Made by a program: the position numbers and the translations under genes. From an uncultured Chloroflexia bacterium (GTDB taxonomy: Bacteria; Chloroflexota; Anaerolineae; Anaerolineales; UBA4823), in assembly GCA_963709875.1 (NCBI GenBank), contig CAVPYB010000001.1:209806-273805 (forward strand): a stretch of 64,000 nucleotides of DNA, written 5' to 3'. The stretch's first letter is position 1, and every line of letters starts with the position of its first letter. The notes under the pieces were generated by a model. That model did not search any database and had not been told where the DNA came from. It saw only the letters and a program-made list of their open reading frames with translations. Positions 35,210 through 42,042 of the stretch are shown here, one piece after another.

Positions 35210-35920
35210 TCAAGGTCTCTCCAGCCCATGCGCTTCCAGCAGGGCTGCATCGTTCATCAAGTCCAGAGTCGGCCCATCCGCCACGATGCGCCCTTCGTCC
35301 ATGATCACCATGCGCGGGAAGAGCTCGCGCACCATCAGCATATCGTGGGAGGATACCAGCATGGTCAGCGGCAGCTCATCCAATAGATTGATCAGTGAGC
35401 GCCTGGCGCGCGGGTCCATGCCGGCGGTCGGCTCATCCAGCACCAGCACCTCCGGCTGCATCGACAGCACCGTAGCAATCGAGATGCGTTTCTTCTCGCC
35501 CACGCTCAGGTGGTGCGATACCCGGTCGGTGTAGTTCCCCATGCGCACCGCTTTCAGGGCTTCGTTTACCCGCAGCTGGACTTCATCAGGCGGCAGACCC
35601 TGGTACAGCGGTCCGAAGGCGACGTCTTCATAGACCGTGGGAGAGAAAAGCTGGTCGTCCGGGTTTTGGAACACCAGCCCGACCATCGCCCGGATGCGGC
35701 CCAGGTGTTTCTGGTTCACATCCAGACCGCATACCTGCACGCATCCTTCACCGAGAAAAATGCCGTTCAAATGCAGGATGAGGGTGGATTTCCCGGCCCC
35801 ATTCGGGCCGACCAGGGCGACCTTTTCGCAGGGCTCGATGCTTAACGAGACTTCCTCGAGCGCTCGGTGACCGTCCGGATAAGCGAAGGTCAAGTTGTTG
35901 ATCTCAATCGAGTGGTGCAT
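35210..35920 (-). CDS. cbiO: ECF-type cobalt/nickel transporter ATPase
   Basis: Walker A GPNGAGKST, signature LSVGEKKR, Walker B VLVLDEPT. It is the last gene of the cbiM-Q-O operon. Confidence 0.85.
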   Translation of the reverse strand: MHHSIEINNLTFAYPDGHRALEEVSLSIEPCEKVALVGPNGAGKSTLILHLNGIFLGEGCVQVCGLDVNQKHLGRIRAMVGLVFQNPDDQLFSPTVYEDVAFGPLYQGLPPDEVQLRVNEALKAVRMGNYTDRVSHHLSVGEKKRISIATVLSMQPEVLVLDEPTAGMDPRARRSLINLLDELPLTMLVSSHDMLMVRELFPRMVIMDEGRIVADGPTLDLMNDAALLEAHGLERP

Positions 35921-35937
35921 ATCGTCTATCTTACCTT

Positions 35938-36738
35938 TTAGAGCAGGAGCGACAGCAGCAGCAGGAGCAGCAGTAATACCAGGCTGACAGCCAGGGTCGT
36001 GATCTGAGAGCCTGTCAGCTTTGGCTGGGGCAGGGAGCGTATCTCCCCGTCGTAGCCGCGTGACAGCATCGCCATGTAGATGCGATCACTGCGTTCGAAG
36101 GCGCGTAGGAAAAGGTTGCCTGCCATGCCTCCGGTAACTCGCGCCCGCCAGGTCAGGCTGCCTCCGGACCTCGCACCTGGCGCGTCAGTCGCGCCGCTGC
36201 GGGCGGCGCGAGCGCGGTTCAGGCGCAGGGCTTCATCCGCCAGGATGAACAGATAGCGCCACATCAGGCTGAAGATTGAGACCAGCAGGCGGGGGATGTG
36301 GATAGCGCGCATGGCTGTCAACAGATCGGGAAAGGGAGTGCTGGCTGCCAGGACAATCGCAGCCTGCACGGATATCCACGATTTGAGAGCGATGCTGGCG
36401 AAGCGCTCCACTCCTGCGGCGGAGATGGATATCGTCCACTGCCCAACGGAGATCTCTGCCAGGCTCGGCCCGGGAGCGGTGAAGATGATCGGGAATGCCG
36501 CCAGCACGAAAGGAAATGCCAGCAGCGCCCGCTTCCATACATAGCCAAGGCCTAAGTCTGAGAGCAGGATGGCAGAGATGACGATCGCCAGCAGGAGAAT
36601 GTACACCGGCCAGGCTCCGGCAGGCACCAGGGCGGTGGTGAAGATGAACGCCAATGCCATCACCAGCTTGACGCGAGGGTCGAGCTGGTGGATCAGGCTA
36701 TGGCGCGGCCGGTAAGGGTCCAGGAAATGGACGTGCAT
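35938..36738 (-). CDS. cbiQ: ECF transporter transmembrane (T) component CbiQ
   Basis: Polytopic membrane protein starting MHVHFLDPYRPRHSLIHQLDPRVKL. CbiQ-like ARAARS loop motif. Start at the ATG at 36738, 8 nt after the cbiM stop. Confidence 0.8.
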   Translation of the reverse strand: MHVHFLDPYRPRHSLIHQLDPRVKLVMALAFIFTTALVPAGAWPVYILLLAIVISAILLSDLGLGYVWKRALLAFPFVLAAFPIIFTAPGPSLAEISVGQWTISISAAGVERFASIALKSWISVQAAIVLAASTPFPDLLTAMRAIHIPRLLVSIFSLMWRYLFILADEALRLNRARAARSGATDAPGARSGGSLTWRARVTGGMAGNLFLRAFERSDRIYMAMLSRGYDGEIRSLPQPKLTGSQITTLAVSLVLLLLLLLLSLLL

Positions 36739-36745
36739 GATCCGC

Positions 36746-37678
36746 TTACGAGGTAACTGATCGATCAGATCGAGACCGGGCGATGAAGAAGGCGATCCCA
36801 AAAACGATCAATGTGCCCAGGATGCCGGCGATAATGGTAGCCAGGGCTTCGTTGGAGATGCCCGGCAGCATGTAATCCGGGAAGATCTCGTAGAGAGAGC
36901 CCTGTGACATATCCAGGAAGCCCTGCTGCTCGGCTACCCATTCCAGGCCATCCGGATTGGCGGAGGCCAGCGGGGCACTGATTGCCAGTGCCAGGGCGAT
37001 GAGCATTCCGGTGATCCACACCAGGCTGCCTTTAACTGCTTTGGCTTTCCCTGCCTCGAGGAAATCCGGACGGATGGCGTAAACGAAAGACAACGCTCCG
37101 ACCGTAATCAGCCCTTCCCCAATGCCGATCAGCGCATGCACTCCTGCCATGGCCGGTATTGCCAGGTTGGCCGGGGAGGTACGCGATATCGCCAGCTGCA
37201 GAGCGACAGCCAGAGCGGTGATCTCAATCGAGAGCCATGCTGCAGTAAAGCCGCCTGCAAAGATTCCCCAGTGCTGCCCGCGCGCCAGCCGCCTCAGCGT
37301 CTCGTAGGCCATAAACGATACTGCCACTCCGATGACCCCCATGTTGAAGATGTTGGCGCCTAACACGAGCAAGCCTCCGTCTTGGAAGATCAATGCCTGC
37401 ACGCCGACCACCGTCGTCATCACCAGCACAGCAGCCCAGGGACCCAGCAGGATGGTCGCCAGGGCCGCGCCCATCAGGTGCCCGGATGTGCCACCGATTA
37501 CAGTGAAGTTGAGCATCTGCCCGGCGAAGATGGCTGCAGCCAGTACGCCCATCAGCGGTACTTTGCGCTCGTCCAGGTCCGCGCTGACACGCCGCAGGGC
37601 GTAGGCGATGACCACGATACTGGCTCCCCACATCAGGATTGAGACAGCTACCGATAAGAAGCCATCCGGGATGTGCAT
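36746..37678 (-). CDS. cbiM: CbiM/NikM substrate-capture subunit fused to a CbiN/NikN-like PDGLE domain
   Basis: The metal-binding N-terminus MHIPDGFLS sets the start at 37678. The C-terminal extension contains NPDGLEWVAE (PDGLE motif) plus one more TM helix. Confidence 0.8.
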   Translation of the reverse strand: MHIPDGFLSVAVSILMWGASIVVIAYALRRVSADLDERKVPLMGVLAAAIFAGQMLNFTVIGGTSGHLMGAALATILLGPWAAVLVMTTVVGVQALIFQDGGLLVLGANIFNMGVIGVAVSFMAYETLRRLARGQHWGIFAGGFTAAWLSIEITALAVALQLAISRTSPANLAIPAMAGVHALIGIGEGLITVGALSFVYAIRPDFLEAGKAKAVKGSLVWITGMLIALALAISAPLASANPDGLEWVAEQQGFLDMSQGSLYEIFPDYMLPGISNEALATIIAGILGTLIVFGIAFFIARSRSDRSVTS

Positions 37679-37715
37679 GGGTTCAGGGGAATAGAGCATT
37701 CCTGCACTCTCCTCT

Positions 37716-38153
37716 TTATTGCGTCTTTATTTCAGATTGGCAGTCGGCGCACAGGCCGATGATAGACAGGTGTTCCAGGTCGGCCAGGAAGCGGTAGTCC
37801 GATCTTAGCGTTTCGTCGAGCGGGTCCAGGAGATGGTGCTTGGCGTTGAGGACCTCACCGCAACGCTTGCAGACCAGGTGGATGTGCTCGCCGTGTTCGA
37901 ACGTGGTGTAGACCACACACCCGTCCCAAAGGTCGGCGCGGCTTGCCAGCCCATTGGCGACCAGCAAGTCCAGCGTGCGGTAGACTGTGGCGATATTGAT
38001 TGCCCGGGCGCGGGAATGCACCTGGGCGAATATTTCTTCGGCGGATACATGCCCATCGGCATGCGCAAGAGTTTCGATGATCATCTCGCGCTGGGGGGTC
38101 ATGCGGTAGCCGCGCTGGCGGAGGGTGTCAAGGAGTGTGTGGCAGTGTGTCAT
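37716..38153 (-). CDS. Fur-family metalloregulator, first gene of the cbiMN-Q-O operon
   Basis: RMTPQREMIIE..., ATVYRTLDLL, HIHLVCKRCGEV and C-terminal CADC (CxxC pairs) are typical of Fur/Zur/Nur proteins. Confidence 0.85.
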   Translation of the reverse strand: MTHCHTLLDTLRQRGYRMTPQREMIIETLAHADGHVSAEEIFAQVHSRARAINIATVYRTLDLLVANGLASRADLWDGCVVYTTFEHGEHIHLVCKRCGEVLNAKHHLLDPLDETLRSDYRFLADLEHLSIIGLCADCQSEIKTQ

Positions 38154-38167
38154 TGCGACTTGTCTCT

Positions 38168-38186
38168 ATTGCAATTATTTGCAATA
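38168..38186 (-). promoter_or_regulatory. Candidate Fur-box-like operator just downstream of a TATAAT -10
   Basis: ATTGCAAT-tat-TTGCAAT. ATTGCAAT is self-complementary. On the minus strand it directly follows TATAAT (38196-38191) and precedes the fur ATG at 38153. Confidence 0.4.
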
Positions 38187-38229
38187 AGAATTATACCAAA
38201 TGTATCGATATTTAGGTTAACGTTTGGTA

Positions 38230-38264
38230 ATTAAAACAGCACGGGGTGGATTTATGTCCACCCC
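38230..38264 (-). terminator. Intrinsic terminator after trxA
   Basis: Minus strand GGGGTGGA-cataaa-TCCACCCC followed by GTGCTGTTTTAATT. Confidence 0.75.
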
Positions 38265-38289
38265 GAGAAACTGATCTGCGATGAGGGAG

Positions 38290-38616
38290 CTACTGCAAGT
38301 GCGGGTTGAATTTGGCAGCGATCTTGTCTTTCGGCTGGTAGCCGGAAAGTCGCTGGCTAGGCTGACCGTTTACGAACAGCATCAGCGTGGGCACGCCCAT
38401 CACCTGGTACTGCATGGCGATCTCGGGATTGGTGTCGACATCCAGCTTGACGATCTTCACCTTCCCGGTCCAGTCCTGGGCCAGCTGCTTTACAACCGGG
38501 TCGAGCATTTTGCACGGTCCGCACCACACAGCGGTGAAATCCACGATCACCGGCTGAGTTGATTCCAGGACTTCGCTTTGAAAGGCCTCTGCTTCGATGT
38601 GGGTAACTTCGGACAT
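38290..38616 (-). CDS. trxA: Thioredoxin
   Basis: Active site WCGPCK. About 108 aa from the ATG at 38616. Confidence 0.9.
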   Translation of the reverse strand: MSEVTHIEAEAFQSEVLESTQPVIVDFTAVWCGPCKMLDPVVKQLAQDWTGKVKIVKLDVDTNPEIAMQYQVMGVPTLMLFVNGQPSQRLSGYQPKDKIAAKFNPHLQ

Positions 38617-38860
38617 TGATCCTCCAGAATGATATTGTCGATGATAGCCGGTCACCCCCAGGGCGGGTCAGTCTGATTTGGTGGACTCCAGACAGCTAAA
38701 AATTGTTGATGGGTATGACCGCAGAGATAGTACCGAGTTCGCACCCAAATGTCAAGGCTGGGGGGTACACCTTCTCATGGAATTATTAACTCATGGTACT
38801 CAGAACAGGGAGGAATTGACTATTAACCCGCTTACTGCGTAACGTCTATGATTAAGAACC

Positions 38861-40099
38861 AGGGCAAACGCATCTTAATTCTCCATCTGAGTGAAACCGA
38901 CCAGGACCTTGAGCAGGTAATCGTGGTTCCATCCTGCCAACAGGCGTTTGCCCTTGATGCCACGCTGGCAGGTTATCTCCTGCTTGAGCAAGTTCAGGGC
39001 GATATGTCGCAGCAGGGCGAAGTTCTCCGGTCCATGATCTTTGCGCACTCGGCAGCGGTCTTCGTCGAAGGCAAGATCCAGCGTCCAGTGCAGCTCATTC
39101 TCCGAGCGCACGGCCCCCAGGAGGCGTTTGGCTCCGGTGATACTGGCGATATGATAGCGGTCTTGGCTACTTTTCTCTTCACCGATCCAGCGCTGAGAGC
39201 GAATGCGGGACACGGTGGTCAAGTTCTTCCAGTTAGCAAAGCCGCGCAAGTAGCGCAAGACTTCAGGGTCGGAAATCGTCCAGCATTCGCGGATCTCGAT
39301 ACGCCCATGATCCTTGTTGACCGTCTTCTCATAGTCGAAGGCATAGGCTTGGTACTGGCTGTCTTCCAGATCGGCAAATACATGTTCGACATCTTCGTAG
39401 AGGTTGCCCTGGTTTTCCTTCAAGGAGAGCACATACTCCGCTTCTCGCTCGATAATCTTTTCGGCAATCTCGGTTTGACAGCCCATCGCATCGATGGTCA
39501 CAATGCAGCCCGCAACTTCCAAAACGTCTAAAAGCTGGGGAATGGCCGTGATCTCGTTCGACTTCTCGTCCACTTTGACCTGGCCCAGCACCAGGCGGTT
39601 GGCGCTGGCCCAGGCACTGACCATGTCGATGGCCATTTTGCCAATCCCTTTGTCATGCGAACGCCGCAGCACTTTGCCATCGATCGCAATCACCTGCCCG
39701 CCAATCACCTCAGCTACCGCATTCATCCAGCGCAGAAAACAGGTTTGGAACTGCTCCGGGTCCAGGCGGGCAAACACCCGGGTGAAGGTGTCATGCGAAG
39801 GGATGCCGTTGGGCACCTCCAGAAACGTCTGGAACCAGCCGATCCGGGCTTTGCCGAACTCTTCGACATCTTCCCAGTTGTCGGCTCCGGCAATCACCGC
39901 ACAGATGGCAATCACCAGAATATCCAGCAGCTTGTGCAACTTGGTGCGATCGATGCGCGGATCAGTCAAGTTGCCAAAATGGCTTTCGAGCGTTGGCAGA
40001 ATTTCGTCTTCCATGTCTTTTTCTCCCAGGTAGTATGACCTGGTATGATTAGCCAGGAAGATCGTTCTTGTCTAGATAAATTTAGATGCGTTCACCCTA
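38861..40099 (-). mobile_element. ISAs1-family insertion sequence with an 11-bp target-site duplication
   Basis: Inverted repeats AGGGCAAACGCATCTTAATT (38861-80) and AATTTAGATGCGTTCACCCT (40079-98). The direct repeat GATTAAGAACC flanks the element at 38850-60 and 40100-10. Confidence 0.85.
38875..40014 (-). CDS. ISAs1-family (H-repeat-associated) transposase, intact
   Basis: HFGNLTDPRIDRTKLHKLLDILVIAICAVIAGADNWEDVEEFG.., IAIDGK.LRRSHD, VTIDAMGCQ, HWTLDLAFDEDRCRVRKDHGPENFALLRHIALNLL. Confidence 0.9.
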   Translation of the reverse strand: MEDEILPTLESHFGNLTDPRIDRTKLHKLLDILVIAICAVIAGADNWEDVEEFGKARIGWFQTFLEVPNGIPSHDTFTRVFARLDPEQFQTCFLRWMNAVAEVIGGQVIAIDGKVLRRSHDKGIGKMAIDMVSAWASANRLVLGQVKVDEKSNEITAIPQLLDVLEVAGCIVTIDAMGCQTEIAEKIIEREAEYVLSLKENQGNLYEDVEHVFADLEDSQYQAYAFDYEKTVNKDHGRIEIRECWTISDPEVLRYLRGFANWKNLTTVSRIRSQRWIGEEKSSQDRYHIASITGAKRLLGAVRSENELHWTLDLAFDEDRCRVRKDHGPENFALLRHIALNLLKQEITCQRGIKGKRLLAGWNHDYLLKVLVGFTQMEN

Positions 40100-40118
40100 G
40101 ATTAAGAACCGCGCGGCG

Positions 40119-40147
40119 TTGACGGTAAGTGTCAGGCGTGATAGAAT
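40119..40147 (+). promoter_or_regulatory. Sigma-70-type promoter of tRNA-Lys
   Basis: TTGACG (40119-24), a 17-nt spacer, TAGAAT (40142-47), 30 nt upstream of the mature tRNA 5' end. Confidence 0.6.
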
Positions 40148-40177
40148 GCACAGCGCCTGAACAAGTTCAGAGCAACC

Positions 40178-40249
40178 GGGCGCGTAGCTCAATGGTAGAG
40201 CAGTGGCCTTTTAAGCCATTGGTTGCAGGTTCGAGCCCTGCCGCGCTCA
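40178..40249 (+). tRNA. tRNA-Lys (anticodon UUU)
   Basis: Manual cloverleaf: acceptor GGGCGCG/CGCGCTC, D arm GCTC-AATGGTA-GAGC, anticodon arm GTGGC-CTTTTAA-GCCAT, variable loop TGGTT, T arm GCAGG-TTCGAGC-CCTGC, discriminator A. No encoded CCA. Confidence 0.95.
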
Positions 40250-40252
40250 CTG

Positions 40253-40279
40253 ACCCCCATACCTGGGGGTTATTTATTT
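40253..40279 (+). terminator. Terminator hairpin directly after tRNA-Lys
   Basis: ACCCCCA-tacc-TGGGGGT followed by TATTTATTT. Confidence 0.6.
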
Positions 40280-40400
40280 CGACATCCCGTATATGGCGGC
40301 TCTTGCTTGGGAATCTTCGAGTTTATCAATTAAAACCATGGTTTTGGCCCAGGAAAATTATTCTTTATCCAATGTGCTTGACCAGCGGAACTTATCGCTT

Positions 40401-40430
40401 GTCAACATCAGTCAACATCAGTCAACGCCA
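40401..40430. repeat. 10-bp tandem iteron-like repeat
   Basis: GTCAACATCA GTCAACATCA GTCAACGCCA (then AGCAAC), 150 nt downstream of the tRNA. Confidence 0.8.
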
Positions 40431-40691
40431 AGCAACAGATCAAGAAAGCACACCCATTAGGATAAACTCCGTCCGTGGTTCCGGACAAGATGAGTATTGA
40501 TCTGAAAGAGCACGATATCCTTTGCATTTACCCTGACTTGTAAGAGTATGTAGGTCCGACGAAGCAGTGTGGATACTGTTGCAGGGCGATTAATGAGTCA
40601 GCTTGATTTGTATATGTTTCTAATAACTGAGGTTTCTGTATTGTTCGATTCTCGCACAATCCACTGAACATAAGATTCCAGTAGCAGCAAA

Positions 40692-40724
40692 CATGACACA
40701 TCCTTGAATTCGGGATGTGTCATG
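40692..40724 (-). terminator. 12-bp perfect hairpin downstream of the small minus-strand ORF
   Basis: CATGACACATCC-ttgaattcg-GGATGTGTCATG. On the minus strand it is followed by TTTGCTGCT, a weak U-tract. Confidence 0.4.
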
Positions 40725-40746
40725 GACCAAAAATATATCAGCAAAT

Positions 40747-40953
40747 TCACGCAGGATCACGATCGGTCATCTTACCTCCAGCTTCCTGGGTTTGTTGATC
40801 AAGAAATTGCATCAACGCTTTCATATCTGCAAACCCATTTCTTTTGCCGGTATGAGGATCCTCAAGAGAAGCCCGCCAGATCCCATCGCCGTTCTGCTTT
40901 ACAAGCCACAAACGTAGTAGATAGGAGAGATAGCGATGTTTGCCCGGCTTCAT
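40747..40953 (-). CDS. Small conserved hypothetical protein (RLW...WRASLEDPHTG..GFA motif)
   Basis: MKPGKHRYLSYLLRLWLVKQNGDGIWRASLEDPHTGKRNGFADMKALMQFLDQQ. I recognise the motif as a recurrent small ORF type but cannot name a family. Start moved to the M at 40953. Confidence 0.45.
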   Translation of the reverse strand: MKPGKHRYLSYLLRLWLVKQNGDGIWRASLEDPHTGKRNGFADMKALMQFLDQQTQEAGGKMTDRDPA

Positions 40954-40969
40954 CAGCCACCTCACAACC

Positions 40970-41737
40970 TCAAGGGTTATATTTTCCAATACCAGCCAGG
41001 ACGTTTACGCGATCTTCACAAAGATCGGTGCCAATAACTTGCATGCGGAGTGAAATTGGTTTGTTGTTTTCAGTTGTCACATAAGCCTCATAGGTTGAGG
41101 TTTGGCCACTGCACCCAGCATCAAATGTTACCTTTCCTGCATCAAAGTTGTAAGTGCCAGAGTCTATCTGCCCAATGTTTTTCGACCCAGAAATGACCCG
41201 GTAGGCTCCATCTGCATCGAATTCAATCTTCAACCCCCCTTGTGGGTACCACCAAGTACCGACGATGTCATTAATCGTATTGGCGAGTGACTTTATTGGT
41301 GTGGGAAGTGGTGGAGGAAATTTCGCTAAAGAATCTGGAGCTGTAGTGAAGGTATAGGCCTGGATTTTTCCATTTTTAATCGTGGCGACCCACTCTCCTT
41401 CGATGAAGTCTACACCCATTGCTTGCAATCCTTCATCGGTATATGTAGAAATACAGGTCATGGTATCGCTCACAAATTTACAGTCCCTTAAAGATCCTGA
41501 ACCTATTCCAGAAGCAATTATCTCGTACCAGCTGCGAATTTCAGAGTGACCATTGTAAACACCGTCTCCTTCGGCAGGAGGGATAATGGTTACCTCCGCA
41601 TCTTCTGCCAGGTAAGAGAGTGCTGCATTAATTTCGCCTTTGTTCAAGGCTTCCTGCCAAGAATTGACCAAATCCTGGGTTGAAGGGCTGCATGCTGCAA
41701 TCAGGATGACAAAAAATATAAGTAACGTTATTTGTTT
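40970..41737 (-). CDS. Lipoprotein with an NTF2/SnoaL-like domain
   Basis: MKQITLLIFFVILIAAC (signal plus lipobox). The N-terminal ~110 aa resemble the SnoaL/NTF2 fold pattern. Function unknown. Confidence 0.5.
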   Translation of the reverse strand, partial: KQITLLIFFVILIAACSPSTQDLVNSWQEALNKGEINAALSYLAEDAEVTIIPPAEGDGVYNGHSEIRSWYEIIASGIGSGSLRDCKFVSDTMTCISTYTDEGLQAMGVDFIEGEWVATIKNGKIQAYTFTTAPDSLAKFPPPLPTPIKSLANTINDIVGTWWYPQGGLKIEFDADGAYRVISGSKNIGQIDSGTYNFDAGKVTFDAGCSGQTSTYEAYVTTENNKPISLRMQVIGTDLCEDRVNVLAGIGKYNP

Positions 41738-41870
41738 CATGGGATCCTCCAATCTGAAAGTCTAATTTTTTGACGCATTTTCGCCCTTATAATAACAATT
41801 AGCTGTTGGGAAAACGTGGGGTAAATACAACCTCTGATATTAATATGAATTACGTAGTTGGAAGGATGAT

Positions 41871-41916
41871 GGGGATGTTTGGGCGGACGTCGCCCGCCCG
41901 AACATCCCTGATTTTT
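41871..41916 (+). terminator. Strong orphan plus-strand intrinsic terminator upstream of the STAND gene
   Basis: 16-bp stem GGGGATGTTTGGGCGG / CCGCCCGAACATCCCT with two G-U pairs and a 7-nt loop, followed by GATTTTTCC. No plus-strand gene lies upstream of it. Confidence 0.6.
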
Positions 41917-42042
41917 CCTTAAACTGCGTAAGTCCTAATTAATTGAATTCGTTTATTAAATTGGTGAAACAAATATCTGGAGGTGCAGAAGTATCCCTGT
42001 ATAATTAACTCCAGGTCCACGTTTCTCACTTTTGAGGCGCAC

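Noticed and set aside
40129-40500. 123-aa ORF spanning tRNA-Lys
   Set aside because: It reads through a canonical tRNA gene and its terminator, so it is spurious.
41770-41793. TTGACG ... TATAAT pair upstream of the orphan terminator as its promoter
   Set aside because: The spacer is only 12 nt, which is incompatible with a sigma-70-type promoter. The origin of any plus-strand transcript here remains open.
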